In this document: positions 1 to 9,253 of the stretch, in pieces
How positions within the stretch are numbered: the first letter of the stretch is position 1
Layout of the letters: each line of letters opens with the position of its first letter
DNA from: Candidatus Woesearchaeota archaeon
GTDB lineage: Archaea > Nanobdellota > Nanobdellia > Woesearchaeales > 0-14-0-80-44-23
Length of the DNA stretch: 64,000 nucleotides
NCBI GenBank assembly: GCA_038874135.1
Contig: JAVZCZ010000001.1
Coordinates: forward strand, 832,001-896,000
Direction of reading: 5' to 3'
Notes under the pieces: model-generated
Database searches by the model: none
Told to the model about the DNA's origin: nothing
Seen by the model: only the letters and a program-made list of their open reading frames with translations
Made by a program: the position numbers and the translations under genes

Positions 1-77
1 CTACCTTGTAATACTGATGACAGCATATCTAGTTTATATGTCTGTTCGCACAATAATTTAATAGTTAGAATCATAAA

Positions 78-401
78 ATGTCTATTATGAACAGAAGAGT
101 TTCATTTTCAGAAAGGGTTTACGAGGCTACGCGCAGAATTCCAAGGGGCAGAGTTTCAACATATGCAGAAATCGCCCGATTCTTGAAGTGCAGAGCGTTC
201 CGCGCAGTGGGTAGTGCGCTTCATAAGAATCCTACACCTATGCTTGTGCCGTGTCACCGCGTTGTCAAATCAGACGGCTCAGTTGGAGGCTTTGCATTTG
301 GCAAGAAGAAAAAAATTCAGCTTCTTATGAAGGAGGGGATTCTAATAAGAGGGGATAAAATAATTGATTTTGAAAAGAAATTCATAAGATTAAAAAAATA
401 G
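78..401 (+). CDS. ogt: Methylated-DNA--protein-cysteine methyltransferase (MGMT/Ogt, C-terminal domain only)
   Basis: IPRGRVSTY, RAVGSAL..NP and active-site PCHRVV motifs. Confidence 0.9.
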   Translation: MSIMNRRVSFSERVYEATRRIPRGRVSTYAEIARFLKCRAFRAVGSALHKNPTPMLVPCHRVVKSDGSVGGFAFGKKKKIQLLMKEGILIRGDKIIDFEKKFIRLKK

Positions 402-403
402 TT

Positions 404-1348
404 TCATTCTTTTAGACGGCTTTTTATCTTCTTTATCTCCTTATCCAGCTTCAACCTGTCTAAAAGTTCCTTATACCTATTCCTGATTGTAACCTCAGTT
501 ACACCTGCAACATCAGCAACTTCCCTCTGAGTGCGCTTCTCTCCGTGGATCAGAGCGGAAACATACAAAGCTGCAGCAGCAATCCCCGTAGGACCCCTTC
601 CAGAGGTTAACTCTTCACTCTGAGCCTTATCCAGAATTTCAACTGCCTTGCTCTGAGTTTCAGGACTAAGCTTCAGTGCAGAAGCAAACCTGGCTATGTA
701 ATCGGCAGGGTTAGAAGGTATTATCTTTATTTCAAGCTCCCTAGTTATGAACCTGTATGTTCTTCCAATCTCCTTCTTTTCAATTCCAGAAGCTTCACTT
801 AGCTCATCTAAGGTTCTCGGTACCTCGTGTCGCCTGCAAGCAGCGTATAGGGCGCCGGCAACTACAGATTCCATAGAGCGGCCCCTCACAAGTCCCTTCC
901 TAACTGCTAGGGTGTATATTCTCGCTGCTTCCTCTTCAACTGACTTGGGAAGTTTCAGGTAGCTTACAACCCTCTTCAGCTCTGCCAGTGCCAGCTTAAG
1001 GTTTCTCTCTATTGCAGTGCTTATTCTGTACTGCCACTTTCTTAACCTGAAGAATTTGTTTCTAGCCTTTGAGGAAAATTGTGAAAAGTCAGCAGCCCTT
1101 CCGACCTCTGTGCCGAGGCCCTGATCGTACTGCGTGTATGTCATCGGGGCTCCTGAGCGCCTTCTGGATTCTGAATGATCCGAGTCAAACTCGCGCCACT
1201 CCTGGCCAAAATCCATCATCTTGTCGTCAATTACCAGCCCGCAATCCCGGCAGATGACTTCGCCCTTTTCCTTGTTTATGAAAAGGTTTGTGCTCCCGCA
1301 TTCCGGGCACTTTCTTACTGCTTTGCCTTTCAGCATCACATTAATCAC
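404..1348 (-). CDS. tfb: Transcription initiation factor IIB
   Basis: N-terminal CPECG...CRDCG Zn ribbon, EWREF B-reader, two cyclin repeats (GRSMES, GRGPTG, VTEVTIRNRYKEL); true start may be the ATG at 1336. Confidence 0.97.
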   Translation of the reverse strand: MINVMLKGKAVRKCPECGSTNLFINKEKGEVICRDCGLVIDDKMMDFGQEWREFDSDHSESRRRSGAPMTYTQYDQGLGTEVGRAADFSQFSSKARNKFFRLRKWQYRISTAIERNLKLALAELKRVVSYLKLPKSVEEEAARIYTLAVRKGLVRGRSMESVVAGALYAACRRHEVPRTLDELSEASGIEKKEIGRTYRFITRELEIKIIPSNPADYIARFASALKLSPETQSKAVEILDKAQSEELTSGRGPTGIAAAALYVSALIHGEKRTQREVADVAGVTEVTIRNRYKELLDRLKLDKEIKKIKSRLKE

Positions 1349-1365
1349 CTTCTCGCGCTAAAATT

Positions 1366-1453
1366 AAGGACTGAATGAAGCTACAATTAGAACTTCCTGC
1401 CGTGGAAATTCTCTGCAGCGACACCCCCTTACCCTTTTATCCACTCAGCCCCT
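1366..1453 (-). promoter_or_regulatory. Structured 5' leader (long bulged hairpin) upstream of tfb
   Basis: Three stacked helices (14, 7 and 9 bp) whose non-Watson-Crick pairs are all G-U on the minus strand; TATA-like TTTAAATA near 1488-1495. Confidence 0.55.
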
Positions 1454-1570
1454 ATGCGATAGTTTTAAATACTTAAAACAAAACTACTATTTAAATCTTT
1501 CTATCAATTCTATTTTAAACTTTGATGTTAAAACGCAAGATATTTATTTTTTTACCACTTTCTAATAGAT

Positions 1571-2674
1571 ATGTTATCTGAAATTTTTGAGAAAACCAAA
1601 AGCAGGATGCTCTCTAGCATAGACTCAATAATAGATAACATATTAAGAGAGCGAACTTTGCTTGGCATGACAATACCGAAAGGCAGTATCAACATAGAGC
1701 CAGAATTAGCAGGGGATGAACTGGCATATGTAAATATTGAAGATGCTAAAACTATTCACATAAACTTAGCGCGCATCGTCAGCAGCGAATATGAGCTTCA
1801 CGCTTCCTTAAATGTTGTTTATTCCTTCTTTAAGGTAGTTCAATTTGCAAAACAGAACTCTGAAAACCAACAAGCGAGCGAGCCTGTTAAAGAGAACCAG
1901 CTTTTCATTAAATTTTTAGAAAACCCGCAAGAAGTAATCAAGGGAATAGACCGAGAATATGTTGAAGCATTTAAACGCTCATACGACTTAAAAGCTTTAT
2001 TTGACTTAACAAGACGAGTTGAATTATGGCTGGCTAGCAGATTAGATACTTACAAAGAGGATGCTGAGCAGCTAAAGCTAATACTGACACACGAGATAGA
2101 CCACCTTGCTTTCATGCAAACTAGCTTCTACGAGAGGTTTTACGCGCTCATTCAAGAGTGGAAAAACCTAATGTGTGAAGAACAAAAAAAGGTGATTAGC
2201 CTGTTCTTCTTTAAACCAAGCGAAAAATTAGAACACCTCACACAAATGCTAATCCGCGATTATATCCCAATAGTGCTAAGTGAAGAGTGCAGGGCGTATG
2301 CAATCCAGTACAGCTCATATACCTACAAACAGATCACTAAACCAAATACAGCCCGGAACGACTTTGAAGAGCTCAGAGATAATATTATAAGTACATGCCT
2401 CAATAACTATCTTTACAGCTCCAGCCACGGAATTCTCAGCAGCATTGCGAGGATAATTAGAAGCGTTTACCCGCAAAGTGCGGAGATATCACTTACAACA
2501 ATTCCGAAACTAAGTTGGAACTATAGCAGCTGGGAGAGGCATACAAGAAATCTGCTGCCTAAAATAGCGGACATCCATTCCGAAACAATCCTCACACACC
2601 CTGCACTTTTCGGTTATGCTGACCTAAACGCAAAAACAATTACAGAATACCTTGCCATCCTGGATTGGGATTAA
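1571..2674 (+). CDS. Hypothetical protein with HExxH zinc-metallopeptidase-like motif
   Basis: 367-aa ORF; LTHEIDH plus downstream EECRAY. Confidence 0.6.
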   Translation: MLSEIFEKTKSRMLSSIDSIIDNILRERTLLGMTIPKGSINIEPELAGDELAYVNIEDAKTIHINLARIVSSEYELHASLNVVYSFFKVVQFAKQNSENQQASEPVKENQLFIKFLENPQEVIKGIDREYVEAFKRSYDLKALFDLTRRVELWLASRLDTYKEDAEQLKLILTHEIDHLAFMQTSFYERFYALIQEWKNLMCEEQKKVISLFFFKPSEKLEHLTQMLIRDYIPIVLSEECRAYAIQYSSYTYKQITKPNTARNDFEELRDNIISTCLNNYLYSSSHGILSSIARIIRSVYPQSAEISLTTIPKLSWNYSSWERHTRNLLPKIADIHSETILTHPALFGYADLNAKTITEYLAILDWD

Positions 2675-2718
2675 ATCACAATTTTTTTAAATTAAACAAA
2701 TTCCCCTAATCTTTGAAT

Positions 2719-2827
2719 GCCGGGGTCGCATAATCTGGTAGTGCGCCAGCCTGGAAAGCTGGTGCCCGAAAGGGCTTCTGGGTTCAAAACATCTCTGAGC
2801 AGAGATGTGAAATTCCCAGCTCCGGCG
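2719..2827 (+). tRNA. tRNA-Ser(GGA) with 25-nt intron in the T loop (2789-2813, position 59/60)
   Basis: Acceptor GCCGGGG/CTCCGGC, anticodon loop CTGGAAA, long variable arm GCCCGAAAGGGC, T stem CTGGG/CCCAG, perfect bulge-helix-bulge. Confidence 0.92.
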
Positions 2828-2876
2828 TTCATTTTTTTCTAAAAAAATTTATACTCTAAAACATGAATATCCAAAT

Positions 2877-3533
2877 ATGAGCAGCATAAGAGAAAATGTG
2901 CAGAAAATACTATCTGAAATACCTCAGCAAGTTTCCCTTCTTGCAGCCACAAAATCTCAGCCTCTTGAAAGCGTAATTGAAGCTATAAACTCGGGAGTCA
3001 GAATAATAGGCGAAAATTATGTTAAGGAAGCAGAGCTTAAGTTTGGAAAAAGTGGCGAAAAAATAAGAAGCATGACAGAGCTTCACATGATAGGAGCACT
3101 TCAAAAGAGAAATGTAGCTAAAGCTCTTAGAATATTTGATGTCATACAGGGAGTCCCCTCATTAGAGGTTGCGCGCGAGATATCCCGAAGGGCAAAAGCT
3201 CCTGTAAGAATCTTCCTTGAAGTCAATATTGCTTCAGAGCCTACAAAGTCCGGATTTAAGCCTGAAGAAGCTAAAAAAGCAGCTCTTGAAATCTCCAAGC
3301 TGCCAAACATAATTTTGGAAGGAATAATGAGCATGCCGCAGGCGAATTCAGAACAGGAGCTCAGAGCTTACTTCAGAAATGCGAAGTTGCTTTTTGAATC
3401 AATAAGAAAAGAGATTCCCTCACTTAAGCACCTCTCTATGGGAATGAGCCAAGACTACAAAATTGCAGTTGAAGAGGGCTCAACAATGATAAGAGTAGGA
3501 ACTGCAATATTCGGAGAGAGAAATAAAAAGTAA
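2877..3533 (+). CDS. yggS: YggS-family pyridoxal phosphate homeostasis protein
   Basis: LLAATK, GENYVKE, HMIGALQ, LSMGMSQDY, GSTMIRVGTAIFG motifs. Confidence 0.93.
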   Translation: MSSIRENVQKILSEIPQQVSLLAATKSQPLESVIEAINSGVRIIGENYVKEAELKFGKSGEKIRSMTELHMIGALQKRNVAKALRIFDVIQGVPSLEVAREISRRAKAPVRIFLEVNIASEPTKSGFKPEEAKKAALEISKLPNIILEGIMSMPQANSEQELRAYFRNAKLLFESIRKEIPSLKHLSMGMSQDYKIAVEEGSTMIRVGTAIFGERNKK

Positions 3534-3536
3534 AAC

Positions 3537-4805
3537 TCAACTCGTGCCCTCCCTCCACTCATCTAAGTATTTCTTCTGCTCAGGAGTCATTGAATCAATA
3601 ACTATGCCGTTAACCTTCAACTCCAGCGCAGCTATGCTATTATCAATCTCAGAAGGAAGCTCAATAACCTTTGCAGGAAGCTTTCCCCTATTCTTAACCA
3701 GGTATTCTACAGCAAGGGCCTGCCCACAAAATGAGAGGCTCATCACCTCTGAAGGATGCCCCTCTGCAGCAGCCAAGTTTACAAGCCGCCCATCTGCACA
3801 GAGATAAACCCTCCTGCCAAAGATTTGAAACTCTTCCAGGAAGGGCCTTATCCTCCTGCTTTTTGAGCTCTTCCTCTTTAAAGACTCAACATCAATCTCA
3901 ACATTGAAGTGTCCCGCATTTGCCAGAATTGCTCCGTCCTTCATAAGCTTCATGTGTTCTAAGCTTATGATTCTCTTGTTACCAGTCGCTGTAATAAAGA
4001 TGTCACCCCTCTTAGCAGCTTCCCTCATAGGCATCACCCTAAAGCCGTCTAGGTGTGCCTGAAGCGCTCTGAACGGATCAACCTCTGTAACTATAACATT
4101 TGCTCCCATTCCCTTAGCCCTTAGAGCAATTCCTTTTCCGCAGTCGCCATAGCCCGACACCACAACAACCTTTCCAGCGAATAATATATTAGTAGCTCTT
4201 ATCACGCCGTCAATTGCTGACTGGCCAGTGCCATAATAGTTATCCACTAGATGCTTTGTCTTGTTATCATTAACTGCAATTACAGGATACTTTAAGGCGT
4301 TGCCCTTTTCCATAGCTCTAAGCCTTATAACCCCTGTAGTTGTCTCCTCACACCCTCCAATCATATTAGGTATCATCTCAGGATGTTTAGAGTGTATCTC
4401 ATTTACCAGGTCGCATCCGTCGTCAATAGTAATCTGTGGGTTGAAGGATATTACTCTGTTGAGGTTTTCATAATACTCCTGAGTTGTTTCTCCCTTCCAG
4501 GCATAGACTCTTATTCCTTCTAATGCTAGTGCAGCGGCTACATCATCCTGAGTGGATAAGGGATTGCAGGAGCAGATTGCAACTTCAGCACCCCCCGCTC
4601 TAAGCGTCCTAACCAGGACAGCTGTCTCTTTTGTAATGTGCAGAGCCATCCCAACCTTTATTCCCTTTAACGGCTTTTCCTTTTGGAACCTCTTTCTTAA
4701 TTCCAAGAGGGCTTTCATGTGGGCTTCAGCCCATTCTATATTTCTTAGCCCCTGCTCTGCAAGGGACATGTCCTTAACCTTGTAATCAGAAAATACCTGC
4801 TGCAT
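3537..4805 (-). CDS. ahcY: Adenosylhomocysteinase
   Basis: [45 protein letters not shown] motifs. Confidence 0.97.
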   Translation of the reverse strand: MQQVFSDYKVKDMSLAEQGLRNIEWAEAHMKALLELRKRFQKEKPLKGIKVGMALHITKETAVLVRTLRAGGAEVAICSCNPLSTQDDVAAALALEGIRVYAWKGETTQEYYENLNRVISFNPQITIDDGCDLVNEIHSKHPEMIPNMIGGCEETTTGVIRLRAMEKGNALKYPVIAVNDNKTKHLVDNYYGTGQSAIDGVIRATNILFAGKVVVVSGYGDCGKGIALRAKGMGANVIVTEVDPFRALQAHLDGFRVMPMREAAKRGDIFITATGNKRIISLEHMKLMKDGAILANAGHFNVEIDVESLKRKSSKSRRIRPFLEEFQIFGRRVYLCADGRLVNLAAAEGHPSEVMSLSFCGQALAVEYLVKNRGKLPAKVIELPSEIDNSIAALELKVNGIVIDSMTPEQKKYLDEWREGTS

Positions 4806-4864
4806 TTCTTTTCACCTCAGGATTTCGGCTTCTGATCGTGCTTTATTTATTAATCTTTGTATTC

Positions 4865-6073
4865 TCAGCCGTTTCTTAGTTGTATACATTTTACTATCTT
4901 CTTGAAAACCTCTTCTGCGTAATCCTTTTTGTATTTGCTGCACAATCTTTTAAGCTCTTCAGCATTTACTGTTATTTTTTTATTATTTAATAGTTTCATC
5001 CGCGAGATTATGAACTGGCAGAATTGAGTTGTATTGGATGGTTTTTTTGTAAATCTTGCCCTTTCAAAGTCAATCATTTTAAAAGTTCCTTTATTTCCAA
5101 CTATTATATGTTTTGTAGGATGGTGCATCTCCCCCTTTTCAATTTTTAGAGAGTCCAGCCTTCTGCATTCTTTTAATATTCCAATAATTACTTTTAGTGC
5201 TTCTTCCCCACTACACTTTTGTAAGTACTCCTCTATTCTATCTCCTTCTAAAAATTCTTCAACGAGAAACTTCTCTTTCCAAAAAAATAATTTTGGCACT
5301 TTAAATTTTTCTTTTGCTAATATTCCAAGAAATCTCGCTTCATTCTCAATTCTACCCACTGCTTTTGACTCAGGATTCTCTAATTTTACAGCAACTTTCT
5401 TCCCTTTGAAAATTCCCAGGTGTACTACGCCCCTGTGCCCCTTAGCTATCTTTTTCAAAACTCTTATTCCAAGCGATTCCAGCTGCTTCAACTCTTCTGA
5501 TTTTCTTATGAGTAGTGCGTAGAGCTCTTCAAAAGCCACCTTTCTACTTCCCGCCAGCTCGCTTTTGAGAAGGTTATCTCTAATTATCTCTTCAACCCTT
5601 TTTCGTCCAGTTATTGAAGAGAATGCTACCAGTGCTAGCCCATCCCTATTGAGATGCTGCGGAAGTTCAGAGATAAACCTTTCAATTGTTTCATAACCCC
5701 TTTTTCCTCCGCAGAGAGCCATTTCCAGCATGTCTTTCTCAGCATTCTTCTCCTCAGGAAGGTAGGGTGGATTGAATATTATGAAATCAAACATTCCCGG
5801 AATCCTTTCAAAGAGGTCGGATAGCACTGTTCTTATTTGTACTCCGTTCTGCAAGGCATTTTTGCGTGCCAGCTTAAGCGCTTCGGGATTAATGTCTGAA
5901 GCAACGACCTCCCTTACCTTAGGATTTGCGGCAGCAGCTATTGCTAGAATTCCAGAACCCGTTCCCACGTCTAATACACGCCCAAAAGCATACCTGCCTA
6001 CCAGCTCCTGCATCAAGTAAGAATCTTCCTGTGGCTCATAGACATTCTCGCTGAATGAGAGCTTCATAACCAT
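4865..6073 (-). CDS. HemK/PrmC-like methyltransferase fused to C-terminal protein-kinase-like domain
   Basis: VYEPQEDS, LDVGTGSG, NPPY in the N half; AKGHRGVV..VAVK and IDFERA in the C half. Confidence 0.85.
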   Translation of the reverse strand: MVMKLSFSENVYEPQEDSYLMQELVGRYAFGRVLDVGTGSGILAIAAAANPKVREVVASDINPEALKLARKNALQNGVQIRTVLSDLFERIPGMFDFIIFNPPYLPEEKNAEKDMLEMALCGGKRGYETIERFISELPQHLNRDGLALVAFSSITGRKRVEEIIRDNLLKSELAGSRKVAFEELYALLIRKSEELKQLESLGIRVLKKIAKGHRGVVHLGIFKGKKVAVKLENPESKAVGRIENEARFLGILAKEKFKVPKLFFWKEKFLVEEFLEGDRIEEYLQKCSGEEALKVIIGILKECRRLDSLKIEKGEMHHPTKHIIVGNKGTFKMIDFERARFTKKPSNTTQFCQFIISRMKLLNNKKITVNAEELKRLCSKYKKDYAEEVFKKIVKCIQLRNG

Positions 6074-6102
6074 TAAAACTTAACATTTTATTAAAAATTT
6101 TC

Positions 6103-6642
6103 CTAAGCACGGCTCTTCTTCAAGAACCGAATTATCCTGTCAGCAACCTCTTCTGCAGGAATTTTATCTGTGTTTATCACCAAATCAAAATTCTTCTTAT
6201 CATAAACATTCACGCCATAGTACTTCTTATATCTAAGAGCGTCACTCTCATTTCTCCTTCTTATCCCTTTCAGGGCTTCTTTGAAACTCTTAAACTCTTC
6301 AGCAGTTCTCTTATCCTTCATTATCCTACGGGCAGCTTCCTCATCACTCACATCCAGGAAGACTTTCACCGAGTTTGGAATAAAAAAAAAGCTAAGCCTT
6401 CCATCTATCACAAAGTTGTCTTCCTTGCTTCCAAGCTCCTTCTGGTATTCATCAACGCTCTTATCTGTAAAATCGTTTTCTTCTCCAAGTCTGTTCAGCT
6501 CTTCTAGAGTAATTCCCATCTGTTCAGCCATCTTCCTCCTGAGATCGCCTACGCTGTAGTATCTCAACCCAAGCTTCTGAGCAAGTATTCTACCAACAGT
6601 GCTTTTTCCAGAGCCTGCAACTCCTGAGATTGTTATTATCAC
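6103..6642 (-). CDS. cmk: Cytidylate kinase (archaeal type)
   Basis: IITISGVAGSGKST P-loop, DGRLS, RYKKYYG; probable GTG start at 6642. Confidence 0.92.
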   Translation of the reverse strand: MIITISGVAGSGKSTVGRILAQKLGLRYYSVGDLRRKMAEQMGITLEELNRLGEENDFTDKSVDEYQKELGSKEDNFVIDGRLSFFFIPNSVKVFLDVSDEEAARRIMKDKRTAEEFKSFKEALKGIRRRNESDALRYKKYYGVNVYDKKNFDLVINTDKIPAEEVADRIIRFLKKSRA

Positions 6643-7385
6643 ATTACACCACCATACTCCACGCCGAACCATCTGTAAAGGAAGAGCTTAATAACTGCCG
6701 GGACATAAGTCTTAAACGCCTTCTTATAATTAAATTTTGAGCTTCCGCGCCTTCTCACACCCAGTACTAGCGGTATCTCCTTAAATTTGAGCCTCATCCG
6801 AATGATTTTAACGCTACTCTCCAGAGGAGCTTCAAACCCTCTGCTTTTAAGAGATATTCTTTCAGCTGCTTCCTTTCTATAAGCTCTAAAGCCGGAAGTC
6901 ATGTCCCTAATGCCGGACCAGAATATTAAGCGAAATATCCAGTTGCAAACAATAGTTATCGCCTGCCTCCAAGCAGGTATTCCACGCATTCCTCCCCCTG
7001 AGACATATCTTGAGCATATTACCACGTCATACCCCCTTTCTATGTTTCTAAGCATCTCATCCACTTTTGATAGGGGATGCGTCAGGTCAGCATCCATGTT
7101 TATCACAACAGCACCCCTTGCCCTTGAAAAGCCTGTAGAGATCGCTGCGCCCATGCCTAAATTCTTCGCATGCTGAACAAGCTTAAGATTGGAATACTTC
7201 TTCATTAAGCCCTTTACAATCAGGGCAGTTTTGTCAGAAGAGCCATCATCCACTATTAAAAGTTCAAAGTGTCTTCCCTTAAAATAGGCCTCCACCTTAG
7301 CTATAGCTTCTCCTATCGCTTCTTCTTCATTCCACGCAGGTATCACTATTGTAAATTCGGGAACTTTCGCTTTTTGCATGCTCAT
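6639..7385 (-). CDS. GT2 glycosyltransferase (polyprenol-phosphate mannosyltransferase-like)
   Basis: IVIPAWNEE, VDDGSSD, MDADLTH, DMTSGFRAY. Confidence 0.9.
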   Translation of the reverse strand: MSMQKAKVPEFTIVIPAWNEEEAIGEAIAKVEAYFKGRHFELLIVDDGSSDKTALIVKGLMKKYSNLKLVQHAKNLGMGAAISTGFSRARGAVVINMDADLTHPLSKVDEMLRNIERGYDVVICSRYVSGGGMRGIPAWRQAITIVCNWIFRLIFWSGIRDMTSGFRAYRKEAAERISLKSRGFEAPLESSVKIIRMRLKFKEIPLVLGVRRRGSSKFNYKKAFKTYVPAVIKLFLYRWFGVEYGGVM

Positions 7386-9187
7386 CACCACTCCAGCTTG
7401 TAAAAGGCGTAGTACGTAAAATTCGCATAGCTCCAATTTTTAAGGAGTTTTGTCGGAAGGTTAATAGGGCCTGGCTTTATTATTACAAGTTCAGTTCTGG
7501 GAGCATCCTGAAATGCGATGTCCAACCTGGCGTATACCTTTTTGGTTTCTATACCGTTCTCTTTTAGGTATTCTTCATACTGGGGTAGGACTCTCATACA
7601 AGAGTATGAGAGCTCCCAATACGCAGGGTTTGAAAAGTTTTCCCACATCTGAAGGCAGGATTTTGAGTTTGTTATGGTGAAATAATCATAATAAAAGTAT
7701 CTTACATTGTATTTCTTTATCAGCTCCATCTTAAGCGCAGAATTATTTCCATACATAATTACTGCAGCGTCAGCAGCTCTCTGATCAAAATTCACAAACG
7801 GGCTGGCGTGGGTCCTCCTCATAAATACCACTTTTTTTCCAGTTAGGGCGTTTATGGCGAAGGATGTTTCCTCGTGAGGTGTAAGTATTGTTTCATTGTT
7901 TAAAACTACACTTCTTACATAGTAAGCCATTTCCAGCTGTCCCTTCTGCAAGTCGCTGAGCTGAGCCATAGCCAGAGTGTTTGACTGGCTCTTTAAGGAT
8001 TGATTCAGATTCAGTATGAATAGAGTTAAGAAAAAAATTGCAAGTGCTCCTAAGAGGATCTTTGACTTTTCAGCATAGTTGTAAATTATGCTGAGAGCGT
8101 AGAACGCCATTAGCATTCTAAAAAGTGAGAGCACTGGAGCAAATCCGTAATATCCAAAAGATGTATGCAGCAATGGCATTGTTATGTAAGGATGCGTAAG
8201 TCCTATGAATCCTGTGAGAAATACTAAAAGTAGAGGCCAGTTTATCTTTCTCTTTATTATAAACCAGACAATGGTGAACATCACTAAGGCGCTTATAATG
8301 GTTTGAGGTATGCTGGACAGGTCTATGAAAGTATTTTTCAGCGTTTCAGAAATATATTTACCTTCCCCCTGAACGCCGTAAAAAGCGTATTCCTGCCAAG
8401 GGTTAAGCGTCTTTCCATGATAAAAAACAATCAGGGGAGCCCAGTATAGCAGTGCTATGGGAATGCCAACTGCAAATGCGAGCACATATTTCTTGAGTAT
8501 ATTGCCTCTGGTTCGTCCAGAGATTAGCTCTACAGCCAGCATAAGCACCATCAGCAGGTTTATTGAGAGAAATGCTGCCACATGTCCTATTCCCATTATC
8601 CCGTAAATTATTCCGGCAATTAGTGAGCTTTTAGCATTGAACTCCTTTTTGAATAGCAAGAAAAATGTTAATAACATTAGGGGAAGCAGAACAAAAGATG
8701 AGAGGGAAGTAGGCGTAGTTGTGGGCAGGGAAGCAGAGGCGATTGTAAAGAGGAGTGCAATATCCTTCTGCTTGAACACCTTCTCTCCCAGAATGTAATT
8801 CACTATGAGAGAAGCGGAGAATATAATTATTGGGAATAGTATATCAGCTCTGAAGGGGTCAATCGTAAACAGTTTAATAAAGAGCCAGACGAGCAGGTAG
8901 CAGAGCCAGGGGTAGTGCTGCCACTCGTTCAGGTAGTGAGAACTCTTAAATATGGAGCCCCCGTTGTATAGGTGCATTATGTTACCAAAATGAAAGAATA
9001 TGTCTCCCCCGTATAATGGTCCTGGAAGCCAGTTCATCCTGGCTACAATTGAAGTAACATAAATCTGAGATAAGAAGAGAAATGTAATAAATGCCCAGTC
9101 CTGCCAGGACAGCTGCCTGAAAAAGTTTGTTAATGAAACATTAAAACTTTCAGATTCTTCCCCCTTTTCATCTTCAGAAACTTCCAC
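7385..9187 (-). CDS. Polytopic membrane protein, probable GT-C glycosyltransferase
   Basis: Many TM helices, early loop GGDIFFH, HYPW, C-terminal KKYNVRYFY; adjacent to GT2. Confidence 0.65.
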   Translation of the reverse strand: MEVSEDEKGEESESFNVSLTNFFRQLSWQDWAFITFLFLSQIYVTSIVARMNWLPGPLYGGDIFFHFGNIMHLYNGGSIFKSSHYLNEWQHYPWLCYLLVWLFIKLFTIDPFRADILFPIIIFSASLIVNYILGEKVFKQKDIALLFTIASASLPTTTPTSLSSFVLLPLMLLTFFLLFKKEFNAKSSLIAGIIYGIMGIGHVAAFLSINLLMVLMLAVELISGRTRGNILKKYVLAFAVGIPIALLYWAPLIVFYHGKTLNPWQEYAFYGVQGEGKYISETLKNTFIDLSSIPQTIISALVMFTIVWFIIKRKINWPLLLVFLTGFIGLTHPYITMPLLHTSFGYYGFAPVLSLFRMLMAFYALSIIYNYAEKSKILLGALAIFFLTLFILNLNQSLKSQSNTLAMAQLSDLQKGQLEMAYYVRSVVLNNETILTPHEETSFAINALTGKKVVFMRRTHASPFVNFDQRAADAAVIMYGNNSALKMELIKKYNVRYFYYDYFTITNSKSCLQMWENFSNPAYWELSYSCMRVLPQYEEYLKENGIETKKVYARLDIAFQDAPRTELVIIKPGPINLPTKLLKNWSYANFTYYAFYKLEW

Positions 9188-9253
9188 TTTGATATTCCCC
9201 CTAGGGATGAATCAAATTAGAACCTATTTAAATCTTTCCTGAGAATTGCCGCT

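Noticed and set aside
1420-1430. GACACCCCCTT identical to part of the ORB-like repeat
   Set aside because: It lacks the TCCA..GAAA core at the proper spacing; treated as part of the tfb leader bulge.
2719-2827. tRNA genes as integration (att) sites for the island
   Set aside because: No duplicated tRNA 3' end was found for either tRNA; the island ends are explained by TIR and TSD instead.
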